A stretch of 35,850 bases of DNA from Candidatus Pelagibacterales bacterium (GCA_016882165.1 VHBV01000001.1:1-35850), one strand, 5' to 3'; positions 1 through 10,125 are shown, numbered from the stretch's first letter. Notes: generated by a model not told the origin, from the letters alone. Numbers and translations: made by a program.

Positions 1-140
1 CATTCTGAGCGAAGCCCAAGAGTTTTGTCATTCTGAGCGAAGCCCAAGAGTTTTGTCATTCTGAGCGAAGCCCAAGAGTTTTGTCATTCTGAGCGAAGCC
101 CAAGAGTTTTGTCATTCTGAGCGAAGCCCAAGAGTTTTGT
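1..140. repeat. Tandem array of five exact head-to-tail copies of a 28-bp unit (cattctgagcgaagcccaagagttttgt); the array is cut by the window edge
   Basis: Copies at 1-28, 29-56, 57-84, 85-112 and 113-140 are identical by direct reading. The unit begins with the 5' arm of the family A palindromic element. A period of 28 is not a multiple of 3 and there are no spacers. Confidence 0.95.
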
Positions 141-219
141 CATTCTGAGCGAAGCGAAGAATCTCAGACTATAAGCTCGGAGTAAATCTCCCGAGATCCT
201 TCGTTTCAATCAGGGTGAC
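139..219. repeat. Family A palindromic element (gtcattctgagcgaagcgaaga ... tccttcgtttcaatcagggtgac) with an inner hairpin ctcggag/ctcccgag
   Basis: The imperfect inverted arms at both ends are readable directly. Related copies lie at 32786-32867, 35305-35335 and 10204-10214. Confidence 0.8.
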
Positions 220-291
220 AATAGTGGTTAAGGCAAATTGCCTAAAAATATATCAAAATCTGAAGCTACCTTTATTAAAAATAACTAAAAT

Positions 292-1269
292 ATGGAAAAA
301 TTTGAATTCATCGTTTGCGAAACAGAAGAGAATATAAGACTTGATAAATTTCTTACGTTAAAGTTTTTGGCGATAAAACCAGAAATCACGCGCAGCAAAA
401 TTCAAAATCTTATTGATGAAAAATTAATCTGTGATGAAAATAATCAAGCAATTAAAAATTCTGCCCAAAAAACAAAATTAAATCAAAAAATTACAGTTTT
501 GGTTCCCGATGCAAAACCAATGAACTTGTCAGCTAAGAAAATTGATTTTGAAATTGTCTTTGAAGACGAAGATCTTCTGGTAATTAATAAACCCGCAGGA
601 CTCACTGTTCATCCAGGTGCTGGCAATTCTGATGATACTTTAGTTAACGCTCTTTTATTTACACATCAAAACAAACTTTCTTCTATTAATGGCGAATTTC
701 GTCCAGGAATTGTTCACCGACTTGATAAAGATACTTCCGGACTTATGTTGGTTGCCAAAAATGACTTTACTCATCAAATTTTAAGTCAAAGATTAAAAGA
801 TCGAGAAATTAAAAGAAGTTATTTGGCTTTTATTTACGGCGTTATAACTCCAAATGTTGGAATAATTGATAAAAATATTGTCCGTTCACGCTTAAATCGC
901 TTGAAGATGGTTGTTGCAAAAACTTTAGGTCGAAATGCAGTAACTAATTATGAAACAAAAAAGATTTTTGCCGATGGTTTTGCAAGCCTTGTTGAATGCA
1001 GATTGCAAACAGGAAGAACACATCAAATAAGAGTCCATTTTGAAGCAGTAAAACACTCTCTTATAGGAGATCAACTATATAACTCAGCCAAAAAAAATCC
1101 AAAAAAAGAACTTGATGAAAAATTAAAAGAGTTTGTAAAAACTTTTCCAAGACAAGCTCTTCACTCTTATAAAATAGGCTTTCTTCACCCAAGAAGTAAT
1201 AAAGAAATGAATTTTGAAATTGGGTTACCTAATGATTTAAAAGAATTGGAAAAAGTTTTGAGCATGTAA
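292..1269 (+). CDS. rluD: RluA-family 23S rRNA pseudouridine synthase (RluD-like, with an N-terminal S4-like domain)
   Basis: The 325-aa ORF has the catalytic HRLDKDTSGL motif, then GRTHQIRVH, and an N-terminal RLDKFL S4-type segment. Confidence 0.85.
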   Translation: MEKFEFIVCETEENIRLDKFLTLKFLAIKPEITRSKIQNLIDEKLICDENNQAIKNSAQKTKLNQKITVLVPDAKPMNLSAKKIDFEIVFEDEDLLVINKPAGLTVHPGAGNSDDTLVNALLFTHQNKLSSINGEFRPGIVHRLDKDTSGLMLVAKNDFTHQILSQRLKDREIKRSYLAFIYGVITPNVGIIDKNIVRSRLNRLKMVVAKTLGRNAVTNYETKKIFADGFASLVECRLQTGRTHQIRVHFEAVKHSLIGDQLYNSAKKNPKKELDEKLKEFVKTFPRQALHSYKIGFLHPRSNKEMNFEIGLPNDLKELEKVLSM

Positions 1270-1301
1270 AGTTATTGTTCATTGCACAGCTATCTTTCAC
1301 C

Positions 1302-1339
1302 CGTCATTGCGAGAAGTGCGAAGCATGACTTGGCAATCC
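1302..1339. repeat. Family B palindromic element half-copy (cgtcattgcgag...cttggcaatcc)
   Basis: It shares the cgtcattgcgag and ggcaatcc modules with the copies at 9881-10098, 12082-12115 and 14865-14969. Confidence 0.75.
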
Positions 1340-1411
1340 AGAAAATGCATCAAACTGGATTTCCTCCTCCCTTCAATTGTCGCAATGATGATGTTAATAA
1401 TAAAAACCATC

Positions 1412-2317
1412 ATGTCAGAAAAAATTTTTGTAATATCTGGACCAACAGCTTCTGGAAAATCAGGACTTGCGCTTCAATTTGCTGATTACAAAGATATTAC
1501 AATTATTAATGCCGATTCTTTACAAATTTATCAGGGCTTAGCAATTCTTTCTTCACAGCCAACAATTTCTGAACAGAATCAAGTTTCCCATAAACTATAT
1601 TCAATCTTGGAAACGCATGAATCTTCTTCTGTGGCTTTATGGCTTAAACTTGCTAATCAAGAAATTAAGAACTGTTGGCAAAATAATAAAATACCAGTAA
1701 TTGTTGGCGGCACTGGTATGTATATTTCAAAATTGATTGAAGGAATTAATGAAATTCCAGAAATTCAGCACTCTATAAAAAGTCAGGCAAAAGAAGAATT
1801 TGAATCTTTAGGAATTGAAAATTTCAGAAAAAAATTAATTTCCTTAGGGGAAGAAAAAGAAAAAATAGAAAAGCTTGATAAACAACGCCTGATAAGAATT
1901 TATGAGGTTTTTAATCAAACTGGAAAATCTCTTTCTTGGTGGCAAAATCAATCACTAAAAACTTTTTTTTCACCACAAATTTTCACTCATATCAACTTAA
2001 ATCCAGATCGTAATTTACTGTATAAAAATTGTAATTTGCGTTTTGAAAAAATGATGGAAAATGGAGCAATTAACGAGGTAAATAATTTACTCAAACAAGG
2101 AATTAAAGAAGATTCTCAAGTTACTAAAACACTTGGTTTTTTAGAAATAAAACAATTTCTTTCAAAAGAAATTTCTGAAAAAGAAGCAATTGAAATTGCC
2201 TCACAAAAAACAAGAAATTATGCTAAAAGACAACTAACTTGGTTTCGCAATCAATTGCCAAACAAAATTATTTTTGAAGAAAATCAACAAGCTTTGAATT
2301 ATCTAAAATCTTTATGA
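1412..2317 (+). CDS. miaA: tRNA dimethylallyltransferase MiaA
   Basis: A P-loop ISGPTASGKS follows MSEKIF, and the C-terminus has the QLTWFRN motif. The longer ORF starting at 1307 runs through a repeat element, so the ATG at 1412 is preferred. Confidence 0.88.
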   Translation: MSEKIFVISGPTASGKSGLALQFADYKDITIINADSLQIYQGLAILSSQPTISEQNQVSHKLYSILETHESSSVALWLKLANQEIKNCWQNNKIPVIVGGTGMYISKLIEGINEIPEIQHSIKSQAKEEFESLGIENFRKKLISLGEEKEKIEKLDKQRLIRIYEVFNQTGKSLSWWQNQSLKTFFSPQIFTHINLNPDRNLLYKNCNLRFEKMMENGAINEVNNLLKQGIKEDSQVTKTLGFLEIKQFLSKEISEKEAIEIASQKTRNYAKRQLTWFRNQLPNKIIFEENQQALNYLKSL

Positions 2318-3066
2318 AATTTGTTGATCAAGGAATTATAATTAGCATAAAAAAATATAGTGAAAATTCACTAATTGTTAAGGTTCTCTCTCAGAATCAC
2401 GGAATTTACAGCAGTTTTGTTAAGTCTGCAAAATCAAGTAAAGATCGTCTAAATTTCCAGATCGGAAATTTAATTTCCTTTGAATATCGAGCAAGACTTG
2501 AAGAAAACTTAGGACAGTTTTATGCCATTGACTTGGTTGCCTGTTATTGCTCAAAAATTATGTTTGATCGATTAAAATTAGATTGTGTTAAATCTTTATT
2601 CGCAATTGTTGAAGGCTGCTTTCTGGAACGAGAAGAACATATATTACTTTTTGATGAACTAAACAATTTTTTACAAAGAATTACTGAAGAAAATATCGAT
2701 AAAAAAGATTTCTTAGCTTCTTACATCAAGCTAGAACTAAAAATATTAGAAACCTTGGGATATGGAATTGACTTATCTTCTTGCGTTGTAACAAACTCAA
2801 ATGAGAATTTATCTTTTGTTTCTCCAAAATCGGCTCATGCTGTTTCTTTAGAAGCCGGAAAAGCTTACGAAAGAAAGTTACTAAAACTGCCAGCATTTTT
2901 AATTGCTGAAGCCGATTATGATGAAAATCACTTATTTGATGGCTTAAAACTTAGTGGCTATTTTTTAGAGAAGTTTATTTTTGATGACAAAAGAGAATCT
3001 GAAAAAAAACAACATTCTTTTTATCGAGAAAATATTATAAAAAGTCTTAATTTGAGAAGCGAGTAA
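2314..3066 (+). CDS. recO: DNA repair protein RecO
   Basis: The 250-aa protein has an N-terminal OB-fold-like segment (GIIISIKKYSENSLIVKVLSQNHGIYSSFVKSAK) typical of RecO. Its start overlaps the miaA stop by 4 nt. Confidence 0.8.
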   Translation: MKFVDQGIIISIKKYSENSLIVKVLSQNHGIYSSFVKSAKSSKDRLNFQIGNLISFEYRARLEENLGQFYAIDLVACYCSKIMFDRLKLDCVKSLFAIVEGCFLEREEHILLFDELNNFLQRITEENIDKKDFLASYIKLELKILETLGYGIDLSSCVVTNSNENLSFVSPKSAHAVSLEAGKAYERKLLKLPAFLIAEADYDENHLFDGLKLSGYFLEKFIFDDKRESEKKQHSFYRENIIKSLNLRSE

Positions 3067-3111
3067 TTGCAATGATTACTAAACCAAATTTGATTAAAAA
3101 ACTTTTTGCTG

Positions 3112-3284
3112 TATACCAAATAAAATATTTGTTGATCATAGTAACGAAGTATTTTTGAGATAAAAATTGTAAAAAATGAAAGCTGTATGAACATACAGCT
3201 TGAGGTTTTTTGTAATTATTTAGCCAAAAAGACGAAGTTAATATGATCAATTACTTAACTATCAAGAAATGGTTTATTGGTATA
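3112..3284. repeat. MITE-like unit bounded by family C inverted repeats (tataccaaataaaatatttgttgatca at 3112-3138; cttaactatcaagaaatggtttattggtata at 3254-3284)
   Basis: The two ends are inverted relative to each other and closely match the arms of the element at 18945-19006. Confidence 0.6.
3180..3211 (+). terminator. Rho-independent terminator after recO
   Basis: A perfect stem aagctgtat/atacagctt is followed by gaggtttttt. Confidence 0.65.
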
Positions 3285-3288
3285 GGTA

Positions 3289-4098
3289 TTAAAAAATCAA
3301 AGAACCTAACATCTCAACCAAATTTACATTTCTTTCACACAGCAAAGCAACAAAAAAAGAAGTGCAGATTGCTGGAGCGAATGGAAAAGTTTTATCTTTT
3401 CTAAGATATTGCCAAATTGGTCCAAAAACCACACCCAAAATACCACTCACTAACATAAAAAATAGAAATCCTTTTGTTCCAAAAGCAAGTCCTGCAATAA
3501 AAAAGAACTTCACATCATCAATTCCAAGAGCTTCCGTTTTAGTTGTAACATAAAAAAATGCTATCAATGCCAAACCGAATGCCACGTACAAAAATGCCGA
3601 TTTTATATTGGCAAAAACAGCTGGGTTTCCGCCTTCATTTACAAGCCAAATTGTCACCAAAACTGCTAAAAAATATTGGGTGATATCTGGAATAAAATAG
3701 CGTTCTAAATCAACCACAATCATCACAACTAAAGTTGCAAAAATTAAGCAGGCCAAGATAAGTTTTAGATCAATTTTTTGTCCAAAAACAAAATAACAAG
3801 TTAAAAAACCAAGAACAAAACTTGTTTCAATTAAAGGATAGCGAGCTGATATTTTATCACCGCAATTACTGCATTTTCCTCTCTGAAAAAGCCATGAGAA
3901 AAGAGGAATAAGATTTTTTACCTTTAAAACAACACCACATTTCACACATTTAGAACGAGCAATAACAATTGGCTCTTTTGTTGCTAAACGATACGAAATT
4001 AAACTAGCAAATGAACCAAAAATTAAAGCAAAGCAGCTTATCAATAAAACTTGCCCAGCAACTCCAATTTGCAAGTTTAGTAAAGAAAAAAAGTCCAT
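3289..4098 (-). CDS. Prepilin peptidase / N-methyltransferase (A24 family, PilD/GspO-like)
   Basis: A 269-aa polytopic membrane protein. It has two Cys pairs (CVKCG ... CSNCG) followed by ISARYPLIE, and C-terminal GIDDVKFF and FAPAIC segments typical of A24 peptidases. Confidence 0.85.
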   Translation of the reverse strand: MDFFSLLNLQIGVAGQVLLISCFALIFGSFASLISYRLATKEPIVIARSKCVKCGVVLKVKNLIPLFSWLFQRGKCSNCGDKISARYPLIETSFVLGFLTCYFVFGQKIDLKLILACLIFATLVVMIVVDLERYFIPDITQYFLAVLVTIWLVNEGGNPAVFANIKSAFLYVAFGLALIAFFYVTTKTEALGIDDVKFFFIAGLAFGTKGFLFFMLVSGILGVVFGPIWQYLRKDKTFPFAPAICTSFFVALLCERNVNLVEMLGSLIF

Positions 4099-4236
4099 TT
4101 TTAGAAAATATAAAAAACGAGTGAATAATTATAACTCAATTTAAGATAATTGAATTGACATAAGAACTTCTAAATTAATTGCTAATTTTTATAGATGTAA
4201 ATAAATTCTATAGTATTTGAAAAAATTAAATAACTA

Positions 4237-5298
4237 ATGAAACACTTTTTCCTAAAACTAACAATTACATTTTTTGTTCTGCTTTGCTTTTCTTGCAGTC
4301 AAAAGCCTGCACAAATCGTAAATCGCAGCGGTAATTTTTATGGAAAAAACAACTTCTTCAATAAAAGCAAATATAGTAACCCTAAATTTTCCGCAGATAA
4401 CAGCTTTAAAATTAACCAAGTTGAAATTTCAGAAGGTGACACTCTTTATGCCATTTCAAAAAGATATCAAATTCCACTTCGAGACCTAATACAAGAAAAT
4501 AATTTAAAACCACCCTACATACTTAAGAATGGAAGAACTCTTATTATTCCCGCTCCTTCTTATCATATTGTGCAAAAAGGCGATACAATCTATAACATAT
4601 CGCGTTCTTACAATATGAATATTGATAATCTTGTTGAATTAAACGATTTAAAATCTCCTTATACTTTGCATGAAGGACAAAAAATTCGCACCACTAAATC
4701 ATCAAAAAGCACTGAAATTACCACTAATAACTTAAATTCTGATATTGTAGAAAAACCACTAAATCCACTTGAATCTGGCACTAATTCTATAGCTCCTGTT
4801 ACAACTTCGGTTGCGGCTGTAACTCCTCCAGTTGCAAACGCAATTCCAAACGTTGCCGAACAAAATAAAGAAGTTGCACCAAAGAAAATTGCAATTCCAA
4901 ATATCTCAGAAGCAAACCTAAGTAAATCTAATCAATTTGCTTGGCCAGTTAAAGGAGAAGTTATTTCAAAATTTGGTCCTAAAAAAGGCGGACTATATAA
5001 TGATGGTATAAATATAAAAGCTGCAAATGGTTCAAAAGTAGTTGCATCAGAAGATGGAATTGTTGCCTATGTTGGTAATGAACTAAAGGGATATGGAAAT
5101 TTAATCATCATAAAACACTCTAGTGGTTGGATTACAGCTTATGCACATCTTTCTAAAACTATCGCCAAAAGAGGACAGAAAGTTAAAAAACTTGATCTAA
5201 TTGGTGAAGTGGGAGCAACTGGTAATGTTGAGTTTCCACAACTTTACTTTGGTTTAAGAAAGGGTCGCGACTCAGTTAACCCTGAAAATTACTTATAA
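4237..5298 (+). CDS. LysM-domain / M23 metallopeptidase lipoprotein (NlpD-like)
   Basis: It has a signal peptide with Cys, two LysM repeats (GDTLYAISKRY..., GDTIYNISRSY...), a low-complexity linker, and a C-terminal M23 domain (GINIKA..., GNLIIIKH, AYAHL, GATGNV). Confidence 0.85.
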   Translation: MKHFFLKLTITFFVLLCFSCSQKPAQIVNRSGNFYGKNNFFNKSKYSNPKFSADNSFKINQVEISEGDTLYAISKRYQIPLRDLIQENNLKPPYILKNGRTLIIPAPSYHIVQKGDTIYNISRSYNMNIDNLVELNDLKSPYTLHEGQKIRTTKSSKSTEITTNNLNSDIVEKPLNPLESGTNSIAPVTTSVAAVTPPVANAIPNVAEQNKEVAPKKIAIPNISEANLSKSNQFAWPVKGEVISKFGPKKGGLYNDGINIKAANGSKVVASEDGIVAYVGNELKGYGNLIIIKHSSGWITAYAHLSKTIAKRGQKVKKLDLIGEVGATGNVEFPQLYFGLRKGRDSVNPENYL

Positions 5299-5302
5299 AA
5301 AT

Positions 5303-6229
5303 ATGGCTCTTCTAAATTTTTTCTCTAAATCAAAAGTTAATAGTGAAATTGGTAAATCAAACAAAATTGCCTCTTCTATCACACAAATTTTCACTCATAA
5401 AAAACTTGATAGTGATATTTTGGAGGAACTTGAAGAGTTACTAATTTTAAGCGATGTTGGTGCTGAAACTTCGATTAGAATTATTAAGAATTTTAAAGAC
5501 AAAAAATTTCATAAAAATATTACAGCTGAAGAAGTAAAACAATTCTTCAGTGAAGAACTGACTAGAATTCTTGAACCTTGTCAGAAAGCTTTGGAAATTC
5601 ACCATGAAACTAAACCTTACGTAATTATTTTTAATGGCGTAAATGGAGCAGGTAAAACAACCACAATTGGTAAGGTTGCTTTTAATCTTAAAAACCAAAA
5701 CAAAAAAGTAACAATAGCAGCTTGTGACACTTTCAGAGCTGCTGCATCAAAGCAATTAGAAGTTTGGGCACAAAGATCTGAAAGTGAAATTGTTGCGGCT
5801 ATAAAAAACGGAGAAGACCCAGCAGCAGTTGCTTATCGCGCTTTAGAAATTGCTAAGAAAAATAATTCTGATTTTCTTTTAATTGATACAGCGGGCAGAC
5901 TTCAGAATAAACAAAATCTAATGGATGAATTGAAAAAAATTGGCTCAATTCTAAAAAAACACGATATTAATGCTCCTCATGAAAATTTGCTAATTTTAGA
6001 TGCCACAACTGGCCAAAATGCTAAGAATCAATTAGAAGTATTTAACCAAATCGTAGGAATTACTGGTCTTGTTATAACAAAACTCGATGGCACAGCAAAA
6101 GGAGGAATTGTAGTAGCTTTATCTGACTTATTTAAAAAACCAATTTATGCAATTGGCATTGGAGAAAAAATTGAAGATTTACAAGAATTTAATGCCAAAA
6201 ATTTTGTTGATGGCTTACTAGAGATTTAA
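5303..6229 (+). CDS. ftsY: Signal recognition particle receptor FtsY
   Basis: All SRP GTPase motifs are present: GVNGAGKTTTIGK, DTFRAAA, DTAGRL, TKLDGTAKGG. Confidence 0.92.
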   Translation: MALLNFFSKSKVNSEIGKSNKIASSITQIFTHKKLDSDILEELEELLILSDVGAETSIRIIKNFKDKKFHKNITAEEVKQFFSEELTRILEPCQKALEIHHETKPYVIIFNGVNGAGKTTTIGKVAFNLKNQNKKVTIAACDTFRAAASKQLEVWAQRSESEIVAAIKNGEDPAAVAYRALEIAKKNNSDFLLIDTAGRLQNKQNLMDELKKIGSILKKHDINAPHENLLILDATTGQNAKNQLEVFNQIVGITGLVITKLDGTAKGGIVVALSDLFKKPIYAIGIGEKIEDLQEFNAKNFVDGLLEI

Positions 6230-6246
6230 AAATAACAATCAAAATT

Positions 6247-7809
6247 TTACAAAAAATCTTTAATCGCTTCACAAGCTTTAACCAAAGCCTGAGACTTGTT
6301 AATACATTCCTGATATTCTGATTTAGCATCAGAATCAAAAACAACTCCAGCACCAGCCTGCAGATAAATTTTACCATCTTTTATTAATGAAGAACGCAAA
6401 GTTATACAAGTTTCCATATCACCATTTGCTGAAAAATATCCAACACAACCCGCATAAAAACCTCTTCTGGTTTTCTCGATTTCTTCAATAATTTCCATAG
6501 CTCTGATTTTTGGCGCACCACTTACTGTACCAGCTGGAAATCCAGATATTAAAGCATCTAGAGCATCTAAATCTTCGCGCAAAATACCTTCAACATTTGA
6601 AGAAATATGCATTACGTGAGAATAGTTTTCTATCACCATTTTCTCAGTAACCTTTACCGAACCATCAACACAAACTCTTCCAACATCATGTCTTCCTAAA
6701 TCAATTAGCATAAGATGTTCTGCAACTTCTTTTTCATCAGATAACAATCCTTCAGCAATTTTTTTATCTTCCTCTATAGTTTTACCTCTTTTTCTTGTTC
6801 CAGCTAAAGGACGAATTGTAATTTTCTTAGATTTTGCAGAAACCATAATTTCAGGACTTGAGCCAATCAAGGTAAAATCTGGTAATTTCAGGTAAAATAA
6901 AAATGGCGAAGGATTGATTGCTCTAAGCGCGCGATAAAAAGAAAATTCAGAAATTTTAGAATCAAAGTTTGAAACAAATCTCTGCGAAGGCAATACTTGA
7001 AAAATATCACCATCCACTATGTATTTTTTTGCTTTTTCAACCGCCAAAACATATTCCGATTCAGTATAATTTGAACTAAAATCGAATTTTGGATCAAAAC
7101 TTGCTGCTGTTTTTTCATAACTTTCAGATAAAATTTCTTCAATTAACTTGATTCTATCTATAGCTAAATCAAAAATCTCAGCACTATTTTTATTAATATG
7201 AGAGGAAAAAATTGGCGCACAAATTAAAGCGCAATCAAACAGATTATCAAAAATTATCAAGATTTGTGGACGCATAAAAATACTATCCGGAATCTTTAAA
7301 TCATCTGGCAAATTATTATCTTTTATTTTTTCCATCAGACGCACCATATCGTAAGACATATAGCCAAAAATTCCACCACAAATTCCTGGCAGCTCTCCGT
7401 TTGCATAGCTCAAAGAACTCCATTCAATTTGCGACTTATTGATCAACTGTCTTAAATTCTGAATTGGATTACCCTGTTCTTTAACAAAGCTATTTTTATC
7501 ATTTGCAAAATTATCATTTAAAAACGACTCTTCCGAGGAGCATTTCCAAACTAAGTCTGGCATTAATCCAATAACAGAAAAACGTCCTTTGTTATTTCCC
7601 TTTTCAGCTGATTCAAAAAGAAAATTATAATCAGGATATTTTTTTGAGATTTTCAGCGAAGCTAAAACAGGAGTAATGGTGTCGGTTGGGATTTTCTTGT
7701 AAAGAACAGCAGAATTTGATTTTGACAAAAGGTCGCAAAATTCTGCTTTAGTGAAGTTGTACATTTGATATTTTTTAGAAAAATCACCCGTCATTTGGGC
7801 AAATCCCAA
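6247..7809 (-). CDS. trpE: Chorismate-utilising enzyme, anthranilate synthase component I (TrpE) or aminodeoxychorismate synthase PabB
   Basis: The 520-aa protein has the Chorismate_bind signature (GAPKIRAMEIIEEIE, RGFYAGCVGY, AGAGVVFDSD) and an N-terminal DTITPV segment as in TrpE. No trpG/D/C genes are nearby, so TrpE cannot be separated from PabB by eye. Confidence 0.75.
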   Translation of the reverse strand: MGFAQMTGDFSKKYQMYNFTKAEFCDLLSKSNSAVLYKKIPTDTITPVLASLKISKKYPDYNFLFESAEKGNNKGRFSVIGLMPDLVWKCSSEESFLNDNFANDKNSFVKEQGNPIQNLRQLINKSQIEWSSLSYANGELPGICGGIFGYMSYDMVRLMEKIKDNNLPDDLKIPDSIFMRPQILIIFDNLFDCALICAPIFSSHINKNSAEIFDLAIDRIKLIEEILSESYEKTAASFDPKFDFSSNYTESEYVLAVEKAKKYIVDGDIFQVLPSQRFVSNFDSKISEFSFYRALRAINPSPFLFYLKLPDFTLIGSSPEIMVSAKSKKITIRPLAGTRKRGKTIEEDKKIAEGLLSDEKEVAEHLMLIDLGRHDVGRVCVDGSVKVTEKMVIENYSHVMHISSNVEGILREDLDALDALISGFPAGTVSGAPKIRAMEIIEEIEKTRRGFYAGCVGYFSANGDMETCITLRSSLIKDGKIYLQAGAGVVFDSDAKSEYQECINKSQALVKACEAIKDFL

Positions 7810-7850
7810 ATGCCACCCTCTTTTGCAAAGAGGGCTTTAAAATTTATTTT

Positions 7851-9767
7851 TTACTCTTGTTTTCCTGCCAATAGTTTTTCATTCACTTTTACTGGATATT
7901 TTTTCATCATAGACATGTTATATCCTTGTAAAACTTCATTTCTGAAAGAACTTTCAGCTTCCATTTTAGCACGTTGCACTTGAACTGGATCAGCTTTAGA
8001 TGATTTAACTGAAGTTAAAACTCCAACCATAAATTCTTCTCCTTGTGCAGAAGCTTCAGTTGCTTGTCCAACAGCAACCGAAAACAAACTCTCTAAGAAT
8101 TTACTTGCATAAGGGATTTGTCTACCTTGATAGTTCAAGAAATAGAATCTTGGAAATTCTTTATTCTTCTCCACAGTAAGGTTATGTTTTGCAGCAATTT
8201 TAGCTAAATCTTGCGGATTTTTCTTAAGTTCTTCCGCAACTTCTTTTGCTAGTTTCTCCATTTTCTCAATTTGCATATCTTTTTGCAAATCAGCCATAAC
8301 AAGAGATTTTACTTCTTCTAACTTTTTATCGTGAGCAACTTCCACTTCTTCAACTTTCAATGCATAAAATTGATCATTTGCTTTAGAATAGAAAAGTTTT
8401 GAAGCTTGTCCTTGAGTTGCAGAAAAAGCGTTTGCTAAGAAACCATCTAAAGCAGAAAGTGACTTTAACTCAGAACCATCTTTATCTAAACCTTTTTGGT
8501 TAGTAACCACAACACTTGCTGGTTTTAAAGAAAATTTTTGCACTGCACTATCAAAAGAATTAGAAGCCAAAATTGAGTCATCTATTTCTGAAATTTTTTG
8601 CTGCAACAAATTTTCTTTTTTCTCTGTCAAAAGTTTTTTCTTAATTTGGTCTTTAACTTCTGCCAAAGGAACAGCAACACTTTCGTTAATTTTATTTAAT
8701 AAGAGCACATGATATCCAAGAGGACTTTTCACTGCTTGACTATATTCATTTAAAGACAATTTGAAAATTGCACTTGATAATTCTGGCAATAAGTTTTTCT
8801 GTTCAACGTTATTTAAAGTGATCTCTTTTTGAGATTTATTTTGAAGAGACTTTGCCAATTTTACAAACTCAGCAGAAATTTTACTTTTATCTGAAACTTC
8901 CGACAACTTTGCTATAAAATTCTTCGCATCAATTTCATTCTCAAAAACTAAGTGTAATAAGTTTCTGGTCTCTGGTTTTTTCAAGGTTTCTTTACTTTTC
9001 TCATATTCAGCGGCAATATCTTCATCTGTCACTGTTAAAGTTTTTGCAAAATCTTGAGCACTGAAAGCAATGAATGAAACTTTACGAACTTCAGGAGCAG
9101 CATAGTTTTTCTTATTTTCTTCGTAAAACTTTTTAAGTTCTTCTTCAGATGGATCTGCTGCTTTTCCAATTGTTTTAAAGTTAATTTTCACAACGTCGGC
9201 AACACGTTTTTCTTGCTTAAATTCCGCACTTAAAACTGCAAAATTTTCATTAACTGGAGCTACCAAAGAAAGACTTTGCAAAACTGTTGAGGCAACAACT
9301 TCATCTTGCAAAATTTTTACATATCTTTCTTCATTTAAACCATTTTTTGCCAAAAAGTTTTTAAACTTGCTTGAATCAAATTTTCCGTCTTCTCCTTGAA
9401 AGTTAGGATCTTTTGCAACTTCTTGTAAGATTAATTTTTGGCTTACTGTAATTCCCAAATCATCGCTTAGTTTACTCACAATAACACTATTCACCATTCT
9501 ACCCAAGATATCAGATTTAAACTGGTCAGAATCAAGATATTTTACAACCTCTTCATTATTATTTCTTTGCAAGATCATTTCGCGATTTTTTTGCATTTCT
9601 TGCAAAAAAGCAGCTTGAGTAATTGTTTTATTTCCAATTTTTGCAACCCAAGAACCAGAACCATTTAGAAGAAATCCGCTAACCCCAAAAAAAACGAAAG
9701 TAACTGCTATGAAAGCCAGAATAATTTTGAAAAAGATATTTCCCGCAAGTTTTCTAAATATTTGCAT
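7851..9767 (-). CDS. ppiD: PpiD-like periplasmic chaperone / peptidyl-prolyl isomerase (SurA N-terminal domain family)
   Basis: A 638-aa protein with a single N-terminal TM anchor, a long helical chaperone region and a parvulin-like segment (SPLGYHVLLL). Confidence 0.7.
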   Translation of the reverse strand: MQIFRKLAGNIFFKIILAFIAVTFVFFGVSGFLLNGSGSWVAKIGNKTITQAAFLQEMQKNREMILQRNNNEEVVKYLDSDQFKSDILGRMVNSVIVSKLSDDLGITVSQKLILQEVAKDPNFQGEDGKFDSSKFKNFLAKNGLNEERYVKILQDEVVASTVLQSLSLVAPVNENFAVLSAEFKQEKRVADVVKINFKTIGKAADPSEEELKKFYEENKKNYAAPEVRKVSFIAFSAQDFAKTLTVTDEDIAAEYEKSKETLKKPETRNLLHLVFENEIDAKNFIAKLSEVSDKSKISAEFVKLAKSLQNKSQKEITLNNVEQKNLLPELSSAIFKLSLNEYSQAVKSPLGYHVLLLNKINESVAVPLAEVKDQIKKKLLTEKKENLLQQKISEIDDSILASNSFDSAVQKFSLKPASVVVTNQKGLDKDGSELKSLSALDGFLANAFSATQGQASKLFYSKANDQFYALKVEEVEVAHDKKLEEVKSLVMADLQKDMQIEKMEKLAKEVAEELKKNPQDLAKIAAKHNLTVEKNKEFPRFYFLNYQGRQIPYASKFLESLFSVAVGQATEASAQGEEFMVGVLTSVKSSKADPVQVQRAKMEAESSFRNEVLQGYNMSMMKKYPVKVNEKLLAGKQE

Positions 9768-9880
9768 TTTTCTGTGAAAAATTAATTTTGAAGATAAGTC
9801 ATTAAAATAAAACTAACTTCTGTTTATCAGTAAATCAATTTTTTTGTTACTTTCAAAAGATAATTTTTGGTGATTATCCG

Positions 9881-10098
9881 TTGAAGGATTAATTTTCTCG
9901 CGTCGGGCGTTGCGATTGAGCCATCAGGCGAAACGTGGCAATCCACGCTTAATAATCTTCATTAAAAAGAGATTGCCACGCTTTTCTTACGAAAAGCTCG
10001 CAATGACGGAGACTTAAAGGAGATTGCCACGTCGGGCGTTGCCGTCCTCGCAATGACGGACGCGAGTTTTTAAAGAGGTGAAAAAATTAATCCTTCAA
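9881..10098. repeat. Composite nested palindrome made of family B modules
   Basis: Outer arms ttgaaggattaattttctcgcgtc / gacgcgag...aaaattaatccttcaa enclose two cgtggcaatc/gattgccacg and ctcgcaatgacg modules. The 70-nt segment 9911-9980 recurs at 14871-14940 with 3 mismatches. Confidence 0.85.
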
Positions 10099-10125
10099 AG
10101 GATATTTGCCTAATTTTTAGATATG

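Noticed and set aside
1-140. Possible CRISPR array suggested by regularly spaced identical 28-bp units
   Set aside because: The units are directly abutting with no spacers, and the unit is derived from a dispersed palindromic element. This is a plain tandem repeat.
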